From positions 1,280,001 through 1,344,000 of the forward strand of contig CAVOKF010000005.1 of assembly GCA_963696385.1 (NCBI GenBank): 64,000 nt of DNA. Reading direction: 5' to 3'. The position numbers were made by a program, and so were the translations under genes. Numbering within the stretch: position 1 is the first letter of the stretch; each line of letters opens with the position of its first letter. The notes below the pieces were generated by a model that ran no database searches, was not told the DNA's origin, and was given only the letters and a program-made list of their open reading frames with translations. This DNA is from an uncultured delta proteobacterium (GTDB lineage: Bacteria > Myxococcota_A > Polyangia > Polyangiales > Polyangiaceae). Shown here in pieces: positions 1 through 11,340 of this stretch.

Positions 1-1220
1 CATCGTGGCAGAACGGCCGCCGCGCCGGCCGTGTCTCCCTGCAGCAAGAACGACGCAACCTGGGCGAAGGCGTATCTTTCCTCTGGGACCCCGACATCCT
101 TCGCTCGAGCCATCGCGTCCTCGAACGCGACGTCGGCACCGCCCTTTACCAGTCCAACCAGGGCGCGCTCTCGCGTCCAGTCGAGAGCGGCTCGCGGACT
201 GCGCGATTCGAGCTGGAACGCTCGAGCGAGATCCTTCTCGATCGAGGGCAGAGTGTCGGGTCGTCCGCCGTGCAGCTGCGCTTCGATCTTCGTCAGAAGG
301 GCCTCGGCAAGCACGTGCTCTTCGGCCCGCTTGTGTTTGTAAAATTGGTAGACACCCACCCCGGCCACCAAGAACAAGGCCAAGCTTGCCAGGATCGCCT
401 GGGGGCCCCTGCCCTTCGGTTTGGGCTGCGCACGGTCCCAGACCGGGGACGGCGCGGGGGCGGCGTGGCTCTCGAAGACGCCGGCGAGCGCGAGCGCGTC
501 CAGCACGTCACGTGGGTGCGGAACCCAAGGTTCCCTGCGCGCCGCCTCCGGTGTCGCCGCGGGTTCGGGGGCCGCCCGGCCATGCGACGGACGAATGTGA
601 ACGGCGCCGTTGGAGGCGGGCATCGCCTGGTTCATCGCGTGGGTCCGCGCCGCGGGCGGGGGTGGAGGATTCCGACGCTTCGGCTCGGGCAGCGATGCGT
701 GATCCGGCGTGAGGAACACGCGGGTGTCGACGTCGGAGAGGCTCGGCGGCCGTCCGTTTTCGAAGGAGATGTGCGCCACCTCGGTGGCAACGGCGGTCTC
801 GCCTTCCGTCGACTGAAGCGGCCGTAAGCCGCGGGCTCTCTCGAGCCAAAGGCGAGTCGCCGCGTCGGGCGGTCCGAGCAGGACTGCGCGATCAAGGACT
901 TTCTCGGCGCGTGTCGCGTCGCCGCGCCGAAGCAATACTTCCCCGAGCCACCGGTAAACCCGCGGGTCGGTCGTCGCCTGCTTGCCCGCTGCGACGAGTA
1001 CCGCCTGTGCTTCCGCGAGTCGGTTGGCCTCGATGTACATGCGTGCGACCGACACGAGCACCGTGACGTCTCCGGCGTGGCGTCGCGCAGCAACGGCACC
1101 GACTTGGGCGACCAGCGAGACCCGCGGACTATCGCAGAGCGCATCGCATAGAGCGACCGTGGTCGATGCGCTTGGATTCTGCTTCCAGCGCTGAACGAGG
1201 TCGTCGATCGGGTCGTTCAT
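1..1220 (-). CDS. TPR-like membrane protein, partial (3' end runs off the window)
   Basis: Not in the ORF track because it has no stop in the window. Hand translation from ATG 1220 (MNDPIDDLVQRWKQNP...) stays open to base 1: TPR-like helices (VYRWLGEVLLRRGDATRAEKVLDRA), a Pro-rich linker, a TM segment (ILASLALFLVAGVGVY), then more helical repeats. Confidence 0.75.
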   Translation of the reverse strand, partial: MNDPIDDLVQRWKQNPSASTTVALCDALCDSPRVSLVAQVGAVAARRHAGDVTVLVSVARMYIEANRLAEAQAVLVAAGKQATTDPRVYRWLGEVLLRRGDATRAEKVLDRAVLLGPPDAATRLWLERARGLRPLQSTEGETAVATEVAHISFENGRPPSLSDVDTRVFLTPDHASLPEPKRRNPPPPPAARTHAMNQAMPASNGAVHIRPSHGRAAPEPAATPEAARREPWVPHPRDVLDALALAGVFESHAAPAPSPVWDRAQPKPKGRGPQAILASLALFLVAGVGVYQFYKHKRAEEHVLAEALLTKIEAQLHGGRPDTLPSIEKDLARAFQLESRSPRAALDWTRERALVGLVKGGADVAFEDAMARAKDVGVPEERYAFAQVASFLLQGDTAGAAAVLPR

Positions 1221-1516
1221 GAGATGATTGATGACTCCCCATTGTGCCGCCGAACCGGTCTGCGGCGCGAGCGAAACTCACCCTGACACCGGCCGACGAA
1301 TGCGGCCGATGTAGTCGGATGCGTGTGAACGCAGAAGGAAGGGCCCCGAACGCGCACCGCCGTCTTCGGCCGAACGTATAGGCCCCGGGGGGAGCTACGG
1401 CTCAGGATCCGATCTTGTTAGTCCCCGACCATGCATGGCCAGATGCAACGGGCGGAAACGACTCGCTCGCGGGTGCCGATCGCGATCGCCGGGCGCGAGA
1501 GCCCGAGCCTCGAGGG

Positions 1517-2419
1517 TCACCGTCGTCCCGGTGGCGTAGCCTCGGATCGCGTTCCGGCTGGGGGTAGCTTGAGCTCCTTCATGACGAGCTGAAGATCTTG
1601 CCACGCTTGTCGTTTGGCCTCGATTTGTTGCGGGCTCGGCCGAAGCAAATAGGACGGGTGGTACGTGGGCAAAACGAGGGTGTGCCCGCGATACAGTTTC
1701 CACTCGCCGCGTATCTTGCTGATGCCGACCTTCGTGTCCAGCAGGGTCGCGGCCGCCGTGTTTCCGAGAGCGACGATGACGTGCGGCCGCACCAAAGCGA
1801 GCTGCTCGTGCAGGTACGGAATGCACGTCGCGATCTCTTCGGGCTCGGGTCGCCGATTGCCCGGAGGGCGACACTTGAGAATGTTGCATATGTACGCGTC
1901 ACGGGCCGGCGTAAGCCCCATTGCGCCGATCATCTGATCGAGCAACTGCCCGGCGCGCCCGACGAAGGGCAGCCCTTGCGCGTCCTCTTCGGCGCCGGGG
2001 GCTTCGCCCACGAAGCAGAGAGCAGCTTCAGGGTTGCCACGAGCAAACACGGTTTGGGTGCGTGAGGCGCCCAGGCTGCAACGCGTGCACGATGCGACTT
2101 CGGACGCCAGGCGAGGGAGCCGGACGTGTCGATCGACGCGCTCATCCGCCGAGGACGTTGTGGTCGCGCCAGCGCTGGCGGTCGTCTTCGCCGTGGCGCT
2201 CGCCGTTGTCGCCAGGGTGGCGGCTGTCGCCGTGGAGGCAGTTGTCGTCGTGATGGCGGTCGGCCGCACCGCGTCCGTCTCCTCGCCTCGATGCGCGCCG
2301 GCCGTGGCGCGTCCCCCTCTCGGAAAGCCTTCCGTTCCGGCGTCCTGGTGCCACTCGAGATACGCGCGCAGCGACGCGGCAATCGCTCCCAGATCGGATC
2401 GAGCGTCGCCCCGCTTCAT
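1517..2419 (-). CDS. Uracil-DNA glycosylase, family 4 (4Fe-4S)
   Basis: [27 protein letters not shown] and YHPSYLLR motifs; Ala/Thr-rich N-terminal linker; start placed at ATG 2419. Confidence 0.93.
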   Translation of the reverse strand: MKRGDARSDLGAIAASLRAYLEWHQDAGTEGFPRGGRATAGAHRGEETDAVRPTAITTTTASTATAATLATTASATAKTTASAGATTTSSADERVDRHVRLPRLASEVASCTRCSLGASRTQTVFARGNPEAALCFVGEAPGAEEDAQGLPFVGRAGQLLDQMIGAMGLTPARDAYICNILKCRPPGNRRPEPEEIATCIPYLHEQLALVRPHVIVALGNTAAATLLDTKVGISKIRGEWKLYRGHTLVLPTYHPSYLLRPSPQQIEAKRQAWQDLQLVMKELKLPPAGTRSEATPPGRR

Positions 2420-2433
2420 GTCCGTCCCTAGCC

Positions 2434-3315
2434 TCACCGGGTAAAATGAACCGTCACGGCGAACACCGACGCGACGGGGTTTCCGTCATGGTCAAGGGCG
2501 ACACGATAACGCTGGGTCAGCGCGTACCTTCGTGCTTCTCGCCCGAACCCGCTGCCGGGATCTTTCAGGACGCGTACGGCCGACGCCGTGCCGTCGGAAC
2601 GGACGTCCACCTGAATCGTAACGTCCGCCACGTTGATTTGTGCTTGATCGGCCTCGGCCGGAAATGGCACGTCCCAGTCATTGCTTTCGACCGACGCCCG
2701 GCGCGATCGATCCGGTCCGGGAGGCGTTCGCGCGATCGGCTGCGATCCAGCTGTCCCGTTCGGATTCGCGAGTCCCCGTACCGCCGTCGGGCTCGTGCCG
2801 TTGGCGGCCGTGATGCCGCCGGCGTAGGAGTCGGCGTTGCCGGAAATGATTGTGTTCCCGGTCAGGTCGACTGGTTCGTTCGGATTGGGCTCCTGGGTGA
2901 GCACCTTGCCCGCCTGAGCGGGCGCGGGTGCGGGCGGCGGCGCTTCGCGAGGTGTCGGCCGTGGCGGCGGAGGTGGCTCGGGCTTGGCCTCCGGCTCGGC
3001 CGTGGGGGGTGGGGCAGGGGGCGGCTCGTCTCGGACGACGTCGATCTCCTGGGCGGCCGGCGCAGCGCGTACCGGGCGTTCGGTCATCGTTACGAGAAGC
3101 GACAGGACGCGTGCGCTCACCATGAGTCCGAGCAACAGCGCAACGGCGGCGAGAAAGTAGGCCAACCACCGGGCCGTGCTCGACGACGAGGCGTCGAGCG
3201 CGAGGACTCTGGTCATCGGATCGTCGGACGGCAACGTCATGCCCCCCGCGGCGACCAGCACGCGGACGTCGAGAGGCCCGGAGCCGTTCGCCGCTCGCCG
3301 AGTTCCGCCGGACAT
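2434..3315 (-). CDS. tonB: TonB-family energy transducer
   Basis: N-terminal TM helix, Pro-rich spacer (EPPPAPPP...PPPPPRP), TonB-C-like end (VDVRSDG...VTVHF); directly downstream of exbB-exbD. Start uncertain. Confidence 0.8.
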   Translation of the reverse strand: MSGGTRRAANGSGPLDVRVLVAAGGMTLPSDDPMTRVLALDASSSSTARWLAYFLAAVALLLGLMVSARVLSLLVTMTERPVRAAPAAQEIDVVRDEPPPAPPPTAEPEAKPEPPPPPRPTPREAPPPAPAPAQAGKVLTQEPNPNEPVDLTGNTIISGNADSYAGGITAANGTSPTAVRGLANPNGTAGSQPIARTPPGPDRSRRASVESNDWDVPFPAEADQAQINVADVTIQVDVRSDGTASAVRVLKDPGSGFGREARRYALTQRYRVALDHDGNPVASVFAVTVHFTR

Positions 3316-3340
3316 GGCTCGAGACTCTCGCGAGTCGCTC

Positions 3341-3766
3341 TCAACGCGGTGCCGGCGCGATGGGCGTCACGCCAAACGCGATTTTGGACACGTGCGCCTG
3401 CTTGAGTAGATCCAGCACGTGAATCACACGACCGTGCGTGACGGCGGCGTCGGCTTTGATCACGGCACGCAGCTCCGGATGCAGATCCTGGGCCTCGCGG
3501 GCAAGCCCGAGGATAGCGTCGTCGCTGGCGATCGGCTTCGTGTCGACCATCGCCCGACCATCGGCGGCGAGGATGATGCTGAAGACCACCTGGACGTCGT
3601 TGGTGCCCGTCGCGGCCTTCGGCAGGTCGAGCGGCACGGTCTGGTTCATGACGATTTTGGTCGTGACCATGAAGATGATGAGAAGGACGAGGGTGATATC
3701 GACCAGGGGCGTGACGTTGATCCCGGTGATCGAGTCGTCCGGGCTTTGCGAAGCGCCTCCCGCCAT
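3341..3766 (-). CDS. exbD: ExbD/TolR family protein
   Basis: INVTPLVDITLVLLIIFMV TM with the conserved Asp, LDLPKA, IKAD...HGRVIHVLD; GGAGG RBS upstream of ATG 3766. Confidence 0.92.
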   Translation of the reverse strand: MAGGASQSPDDSITGINVTPLVDITLVLLIIFMVTTKIVMNQTVPLDLPKAATGTNDVQVVFSIILAADGRAMVDTKPIASDDAILGLAREAQDLHPELRAVIKADAAVTHGRVIHVLDLLKQAHVSKIAFGVTPIAPAPR

Positions 3767-3776
3767 TGAGTTCCTC

Positions 3777-4523
3777 CTAGTTCCTTTCGGAGCCTTCCGC
3801 CGTGTCGCCCCTCGAACGCGAGGCCGCCCCGGCGCGCTCCACCGTCTTGCTCTCGTCTCCTGCGGCAATCGGGATCGCCTTCAGATGCGCGAGCAGCACG
3901 TGCCCGAGCGCCTCTGTGTTCGCGACCGTTCCGCGGACGACCCGCTGAAATGCGTTGAACGCCATGACAGCGGGCAGCGCAATGAGGATACCGATCGCGG
4001 TCGCGACGAGTGCCTCGGAAATGCGAGCCATGACCGCTTCCGGCGCAAGTTGCGTGGATTGTCCGGCCGCAGCCATCTTCACTTTGCTCAACTCGTCGAA
4101 CGCGGCGACGATGCCGATGACCGTCCCGAGCAGTCCAATGAATGGGGCGTTATTCCCGAGCGTTCCTAGGAACGCGAGGCGCTTCTCGAGCTTGAGGCGT
4201 TGAAGCGCGCTTGCCCCCTCCATGGCCTCTTCCGCCGCGTCGACGCCGTGGGCGGCTTCCACCACGCCAGCGATGACGACGGCTGCCTCGGCGCTGCGGG
4301 AGGCCTCGAGGCGCTGCCGGGCGCCCTCCAAGTCTCCGCCGCGGAGCAGCCGTCCGAAATCGCGCATCAACCCTTCGATATCGTCGCGCAGCGACCAGTA
4401 GAGCCATGCACGCTCGAGCATGATGGCAAGGGAAATGATGCTGAGGACCAGCATGAGCACGAGGATCCACCCCGTGCCGAGGCCGACCATCGCGCTTTTG
4501 ACTCGCTCAATCAGTGAGTTCAC
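3777..4523 (-). CDS. exbB: MotA/TolQ/ExbB proton channel protein
   Basis: LGTLGNNAPFIGLLGTVIGI and ISEALVATAIG motifs; GTG start at 4523 inferred. Confidence 0.92.
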   Translation of the reverse strand: MNSLIERVKSAMVGLGTGWILVLMLVLSIISLAIMLERAWLYWSLRDDIEGLMRDFGRLLRGGDLEGARQRLEASRSAEAAVVIAGVVEAAHGVDAAEEAMEGASALQRLKLEKRLAFLGTLGNNAPFIGLLGTVIGIVAAFDELSKVKMAAAGQSTQLAPEAVMARISEALVATAIGILIALPAVMAFNAFQRVVRGTVANTEALGHVLLAHLKAIPIAAGDESKTVERAGAASRSRGDTAEGSERN

Positions 4524-5613
4524 TCGGCATTTCCTCGTCGTCTCGTGCGCCGCCGTCCTCGCGCGCTTCGTCGATGGCCAGGGCGGTCGCAAGAACGGTC
4601 GTGGCGTAGGCACCCTTCGGTAGCACGAAGTGGACGCGTACGCTGGCCGCGCCGTGACCGGAAATATCGTCGGGAGACTCCGAGATTTCCCAGCGCAGGT
4701 CTTGTACCCAGACGCGCAACGCGCGGCGAGTTCCTTCGCCCAAGGCCCGAGTGCGAGAAATGTCGGTGCCGACCCCGAGGATTTCCGAGGTCAGGCGGTG
4801 CTCCAGTTCCCCCGGCCTACCCTCGGCGGCGCGCATCCGAACACCGACCATGGGTCCTGTCGGTGACACCTCGCCGGTAACCGCCCGTTCGCGATCCGTC
4901 TGAACGTCCGAACAGACGAAGAGCCCGCCGGATGCGCGACGCTTCAGCACGTCGCCTTCGAGCGGCGTCGCCCACGTGTCGTCGCGTACCCGGGCTTCGA
5001 GCACCGCGTTGAAGATCGTGGCTTGAAGCGATGACCACAGCAGACGCAGCATCCGCGGGTCGCGCGGACCGTGCTCTTCGCCCCGGAGCCACGCCAGCGC
5101 ACGGGCGGCGTTGTCGCCGGCGCTGCCGAAACGTTGCGCGCCGAACGCGTTCGGCACGCCGCTTTTGGCGATTTGATCGAGCGCAGCCGACACCTGCTCG
5201 AGACCTTGGCGTGGGACGTCGCGCACGAGGATGTCGAACCGATTGCCGGCCAGGTGACCGGGCTTGAGCTTGTGGCCGTGGGGCGTCGCGTCGTGCACGC
5301 GGATGCCGGCTAGCGACAGGTCGCGTGCTCGCTGCGCCAGCTCGAACGCCGAAGATGCGCCTCGAGCGTGAAGCGAGACGGTCTGCGTCGTTACGGCGCG
5401 TCGGTCCTTCATGCCTGCGAAGCCCGCTTGGCGCGAGTCGCAAGCGAGTGCTCGCGCGATCGCCCGTACGGCGTCCGGGGTCGTCCAGTCGGTCTTCGTG
5501 AACCGGATGAAGACGTGCTCCCCCGCGCCGCTCGGCGCGTACGAGGGGATCTCTTCGACGACGAAGTCCTCCGGCCGCTCTTTGATTCGGCCGCGTGCCA
5601 GGGCGATGGCCAT
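4507..5613 (-). CDS. truD: tRNA pseudouridine(13) synthase TruD
   Basis: EDFVVEE, GEH, AGMKDRRAVTTQ, GNRF, NAFGAQRFG and FVLPKGAYAT motifs; start at ATG 5613 within ORF 4507..6177. Confidence 0.95.
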   Translation of the reverse strand: MAIALARGRIKERPEDFVVEEIPSYAPSGAGEHVFIRFTKTDWTTPDAVRAIARALACDSRQAGFAGMKDRRAVTTQTVSLHARGASSAFELAQRARDLSLAGIRVHDATPHGHKLKPGHLAGNRFDILVRDVPRQGLEQVSAALDQIAKSGVPNAFGAQRFGSAGDNAARALAWLRGEEHGPRDPRMLRLLWSSLQATIFNAVLEARVRDDTWATPLEGDVLKRRASGGLFVCSDVQTDRERAVTGEVSPTGPMVGVRMRAAEGRPGELEHRLTSEILGVGTDISRTRALGEGTRRALRVWVQDLRWEISESPDDISGHGAASVRVHFVLPKGAYATTVLATALAIDEAREDGGARDDEEMPSELTD

Positions 5614-5693
5614 GCCGCCGGCGAGCGTACCGCGCTCGCAGCCGGGGTTCGAGCCGTGTCGACACGGGCCGGGCGATCGATGCCGAGAGGCCG

Positions 5694-7181
5694 CTAACCG
5701 AGTTCGTGCGCCATTTCGTCGCGAGGGCTTCGAAAGTACTGCTGCGGCGAATAGAAGAGAAAGTTGCTCACCCGCGACGTGTACAGGCAAGCGTATTCCT
5801 CGACCTGGGCTCCGAAGCTCGACTCCTCGTTCTCTTCTTTCAGCAGCGATCCCCAGAAAGGATGAAACCTCTGATCGACTCGCCGCTCGATGGCGTGGAC
5901 CTCCGCATCGACCCAACGCAGCCGCGCTCGAACCCGATCGATGGAGCGCTTGACGCGACCGCGTTCGGCTTCGGTTCCGCCGGCGCCGTTGGCGTTCGCG
6001 TGCCCGTGCTCGAGACGACGCGTCAACTCCTTGAACCGGTTTTGGTAAAAGCGCAGCTCGTCTTCGAGCCGATCGCGCCCAGTCTCGAGCAGTTCGGCAC
6101 GGGCGAAATCGTCGCGACACGAGTCGTGCGCGAGGACCTCTCCTTCGAGCTCCTGGATGATCATCGCCGTCCGCCAAGCGCTCTCCTTTTTGCTGCGCAA
6201 GATGTCGCCGTAGATGTGGTCGCCGACGTACAAGATGTCGTCGCCTGCGGCGCCCAGGGCGCGCTCGAGATCATGGAGGTTTCCGCCCTCGTAGATGTGG
6301 CCGCGCTCGAGCGGGAAGCCGGCCGGCTCGAGCCGGTCGCCGTGATGCATGAAGAGCGGGCGCTTCTCTTGAAAAAAAGCGGGCTTCGTCGCAGCGACGA
6401 CCACGACGTCGAAGTAGTTGCGCCAGTGGGGATATTCGCTCATCCCGCCGTCGAGCAAGTAGGCCATCATGCGATCCGTGTAGGACCAGCGCGAATTGGT
6501 GAGCAGAAACAATTTTTTCCCGGCACTTCGCAACTTATGCAGAGTCGGCGCGAGGTTCGGATCCTTGGCCACGAAACGTCCGAAGTCACCGGTGACGGTC
6601 TCGAGAATGGTGCCGTCGCGGTGCGCCTCGTCGATGCTCTCGCGAATATCCGTAAACGCACGCGCATAGTCGATGGGTTGGCCACGTTCTTCCATGGCGG
6701 CGACCAGCGCCGCGTAGAGCGCGGCCTCGCTCAAGGCGTACAGGGTGTCGATCCAGTGGTAGCGCGGCGTCGCCGGGCGGATTTTCTTCGAGTGGTAAAG
6801 CTCTCGGAGCTCGTCCGCGCCGAGTTCGCGAAAGCCGTGGTATCCCTTGGTCACGAACTTGTAGCGGTTCATCTTCAGGATGTGACCGAACCGCTTGTCG
6901 ATGAGCAATCCACGGACCGGAAAAAGGGTCGAATAGTGGATGTCGCGGATGAACTCGGGATAACCCCGCGCGACGAGCTTCTCGATGGTCGCCCTGATGG
7001 ACAGCTCGTCCATTTCTCGCTGGTCGTAAATCGCCAGCGTGTAGTCCATATCGAAGCCGACCCACGCGATGTTGGCCAGACGCAGATTGCGGTTGCAAAA
7101 GATGCGGCGGTGACGGGCAATGCCGGAGGCCTGGCGCGCCAGGAACTCCTCGATCGGGAGCGACAGCTGGGGAGAGTCCAC
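5694..7181 (-). CDS. HAD-IG family 5'-nucleotidase (cN-II-like)
   Basis: GFDMDYTLA, LLTNS, KPAFF, YVGDHIYGDI and FHPFWG motifs; GTG start at 7181 inferred. Confidence 0.92.
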   Translation of the reverse strand: MDSPQLSLPIEEFLARQASGIARHRRIFCNRNLRLANIAWVGFDMDYTLAIYDQREMDELSIRATIEKLVARGYPEFIRDIHYSTLFPVRGLLIDKRFGHILKMNRYKFVTKGYHGFRELGADELRELYHSKKIRPATPRYHWIDTLYALSEAALYAALVAAMEERGQPIDYARAFTDIRESIDEAHRDGTILETVTGDFGRFVAKDPNLAPTLHKLRSAGKKLFLLTNSRWSYTDRMMAYLLDGGMSEYPHWRNYFDVVVVAATKPAFFQEKRPLFMHHGDRLEPAGFPLERGHIYEGGNLHDLERALGAAGDDILYVGDHIYGDILRSKKESAWRTAMIIQELEGEVLAHDSCRDDFARAELLETGRDRLEDELRFYQNRFKELTRRLEHGHANANGAGGTEAERGRVKRSIDRVRARLRWVDAEVHAIERRVDQRFHPFWGSLLKEENEESSFGAQVEEYACLYTSRVSNFLFYSPQQYFRSPRDEMAHELG

Positions 7182-7272
7182 GGGATCTTGGCGGGAGCGA
7201 GGCCGGCTCGCGCACCCCTTTTCAATCTTCCACGCGCCGTTCGGCGTTGCAAACGACTGAGCCGCTCGAGTG

Positions 7273-8337
7273 TTACTCGACCCGCCCGCTGCGCGAGAAT
7301 TTGGTTCGCGAAGGCCCCGGCGCGTCGTTCGCTTCGATCGCCTCTGTGGCGAAGTCGTGCGGCTCCACCGCAGGCGCTCGGGCCGCGTCGGGGGAGGGCA
7401 ACCACTTCGGCGCGCCGGGAACGTCGCTGCAGCAGCGAAAGCCAACGAAATAATACTCGAAGCCGGGCTCGTGGCTAAACGTCATCGGGCGGCACTGGCT
7501 CCGGACGTGCCCCCAGGCCCCCCCCTTCAGCCCGGCCCAATGCGAGGCCTCCCGCGGCGCGACGTCGCTCGTGACCCACTCGTCGAAATTGCCCGTCATG
7601 TCGTACACACCGAACCCGCTCTTGCACGACTCCATCGAGCCGCTCGGAACGCTCTGGTCGAGCCGAGCGAGTTCGCGAGCCCGAATCCCATGGTTTTTGG
7701 ATTCAAAGTAAAATCCGCCGTGGGGTCCGAATTTCTTCGGCTCGACATAAAAATTATCCATGTTGCACTCGTTATGATTGCGCGCCCACCCATACGGAAA
7801 CGGGGTGTGCTCGGGGCCTTCGCAGGCGGCTGTCCATTCGCTCGCCCAGCAGAGGCGTTTGCCGAGCGATCCGCAGGTGGCCTGCGCTTGGTACCAGTCG
7901 AGCATCCAGACGGGGTGAGCGCCCCGGCGATTCGGGTACTCGTAGCGATCGATGCAGAACGCGATGCGACGCTCCGGAAGGCGGCACTTTTGCTCATGGG
8001 CGAACGCGTGACAAATGGGCAAGTGATTCGTTTTCTCTTGCTCCATGTCGATGCAGCGACGCTCGACGTCAGGGCAGAACATCGTATCGACGTAGGCCAT
8101 GCCATCGGGGCATGGCGACCCGTTTGGGGGCGTTTCGCCGCCGGCGGCCGTATGAGTCGGCGTGCGCGGCAAGGCTGTCGCGGACACGGCGGGCGGCGCC
8201 CCGTCTCGGTCGGTTTCGGCCTCGGGGCCCGGCTGCGACGGCAGTGGAGAAGTTCCGCAGACCACGACGACAAGGGAGATCGCGAAGGCGAACGCCGCAA
8301 TCGAAGACGATCGCATCGACGGTGCGCAACCTCTCAC
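7273..8337 (-). CDS. Secreted FGE-sulfatase (SUMF1/EgtB/PvdO) domain protein
   Basis: Hydrophobic N-terminus, CPDGM, FCIDRYEYPN, KRLC...EW, GVYDMTGNFDEW, KGG, GFRCC. Confidence 0.85.
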   Translation of the reverse strand: MRGCAPSMRSSSIAAFAFAISLVVVVCGTSPLPSQPGPEAETDRDGAPPAVSATALPRTPTHTAAGGETPPNGSPCPDGMAYVDTMFCPDVERRCIDMEQEKTNHLPICHAFAHEQKCRLPERRIAFCIDRYEYPNRRGAHPVWMLDWYQAQATCGSLGKRLCWASEWTAACEGPEHTPFPYGWARNHNECNMDNFYVEPKKFGPHGGFYFESKNHGIRARELARLDQSVPSGSMESCKSGFGVYDMTGNFDEWVTSDVAPREASHWAGLKGGAWGHVRSQCRPMTFSHEPGFEYYFVGFRCCSDVPGAPKWLPSPDAARAPAVEPHDFATEAIEANDAPGPSRTKFSRSGRVE

Positions 8338-8388
8338 GCAGCTGCCGCGTGGGGCAAGTCGGCCCTTGGGGGTAGGCCCCGTTGAACG

Positions 8389-8518
8389 GTACCCGAGCAG
8401 CGCTCGGTACGCCTGCGTTGCAGGCTGGCGCTGTACGAAGAGGATTTCCTTGGGGCTTCGCCCCGGCGATCGAAATGCACCGCCAGGAGGTCCCCTTTTG
8501 CTCTGGGGTGCTCTGGGG
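8389..8518. repeat. Intergenic cluster of short palindromes (REP-like) plus a 10-bp tandem repeat
   Basis: Hairpins GTAC-C-CGAGC/GCTCG-GTAC (8389-8410), GCCTGC/GCAGGC (8411-8425) and GGGGC-TTC-GCCCC (8452-8464); TGCTCTGGGG twice (8499-8518). Confidence 0.5.
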
Positions 8519-8526
8519 CGGTGTAC

Positions 8527-9204
8527 TTAGCTCAGGATCCGATCGACGAGTGCGTTGCCGCACGCATCGACGATGGCGTCCGCCCCGGCCGCTTCGAGCT
8601 CCGCGCGCGCACGCGCATCCAACGCGACGCCGATGACGCGCGCCCCGATGGCACGCCCCGCGAGCACGTCCCGGTCCGTGTCGCCGACGACGACGACTTC
8701 GTCCGGCCGGTTACGGCCGCAGCGGTCGGCCGCGAGGCGGACGATGTCGGCGCGCGGCTCCGCGTCGCAACCGAAAGCTCCGAGTCCGAAGTCGAACGTC
8801 GCGCCGAGGCCCGCCGACGTGAGCTTGATGCGAGCTCCTTCGCGCACGTTGCCCGTTGCGATGCCGACGACGATACCTTTCGCCCGGAGTTGCTGGACCG
8901 CAGAGTTAACCAGTCCGACCGGACGGTAGCTACGGGTCTGAACCACCTCGCCCAAGTGGGCAAGGTAACGCACGAGCAGCCGGTCGATCGCTTTCTCGTC
9001 GTCGTAGACTCCGGCTCTGAGGAGCAGGGCCCGCACCAGAGCACGATCGGTCGCACCGGCCACGCGGAGACCGTCGGTCGTGCCCTCGATCCCGTAGCCG
9101 TCGCGCATCGCCCGATCGAGCGCCGTCCGTCCGGGCCCTGGCGGAGGTCCTTGGTACGTTACGACGGTGCCGTCGAGGTCGAAAAGCACGATGCGGGTTT
9201 GCAC
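8527..9204 (-). CDS. HAD-superfamily hydrolase (phosphoglycolate phosphatase-like)
   Basis: LFDLDGT, IATGN and VVGDTDRD motifs. Confidence 0.88.
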   Translation of the reverse strand: MQTRIVLFDLDGTVVTYQGPPPGPGRTALDRAMRDGYGIEGTTDGLRVAGATDRALVRALLLRAGVYDDEKAIDRLLVRYLAHLGEVVQTRSYRPVGLVNSAVQQLRAKGIVVGIATGNVREGARIKLTSAGLGATFDFGLGAFGCDAEPRADIVRLAADRCGRNRPDEVVVVGDTDRDVLAGRAIGARVIGVALDARARAELEAAGADAIVDACGNALVDRILS

Positions 9205-9237
9205 GCCGGGCCCAAGGGTACGACCATAATAGCGAGG

Positions 9238-9531
9238 TCAGTCGTCGTCATCGCGCTCGCGCCGCGGATCTTTCGACAGATCCGCCGTCACTTCGTCGAC
9301 CGTTGCGGCGCCTGAACCCGGTCGGCCCGATTTCGCGCTGGGGGGTCGGACGCTGCTGGATCGGCGAGGCGCTTTGGTTTCCCGGGCCTTCGCCGGCGGT
9401 GGCTCGGTCGGAGCCTCGGATCGATTTCGTGCCTCCTTGGGAGCTGGACCGCTCTCGGGTCGCGCCACCTTGACGCGTCGCAGATCCGGCTCCGTATCGG
9501 GCTCAGGAGGAAAGGGCTTCTTTCGCTGCAT
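9238..9531 (-). CDS. Small Pro/charge-rich hypothetical protein
   Basis: 97-aa ATG ORF filling the gap; low-complexity sequence ending VDEVTADLSKDPRRERDDDD. Confidence 0.55.
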   Translation of the reverse strand: MQRKKPFPPEPDTEPDLRRVKVARPESGPAPKEARNRSEAPTEPPPAKARETKAPRRSSSVRPPSAKSGRPGSGAATVDEVTADLSKDPRRERDDDD

Positions 9532-9719
9532 AGCCTAAAGGGGATCGCGTTAGCGTAGCCCCGAGGCGCAATTTTTCAACGGCCGCACCCGCGGCAAGCC
9601 TGCCCCATGCAGGACAGAACGCGTTTGGCATCGCCTGCCATGAGCCGTCTCCAGCGGCGAGACGACGCCTGCGGTCCGATGGACGCGTCGGTCTCGTCCC
9701 GATCGCCCCACGTCACGCG

Positions 9720-11237
<1,518 letters not shown>

Positions 11238-11340
11238 CGGACTTCAGCGGTTGGCGTCTTGCCCATAATTACGTCGGTCGGGACCGTGCCCGGCCGACGC
11301 GTATGAGGCGGGGGGTTAAGTTCAGGTTTCCGGAGGAAAT

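Noticed and set aside
1400..8544. 15-nt exact match GCTCAGGATCCGATC at 1400 and 8530
   Set aside because: One copy is inside a coding 3' end, and a match of this length is plausible by chance in 64 kb.
11251..11262. Sigma-54 promoter between glnB and glnA (TTGGCGTCTTGC)
   Set aside because: The GG-to-GC spacing is too short for a -24/-12 promoter.
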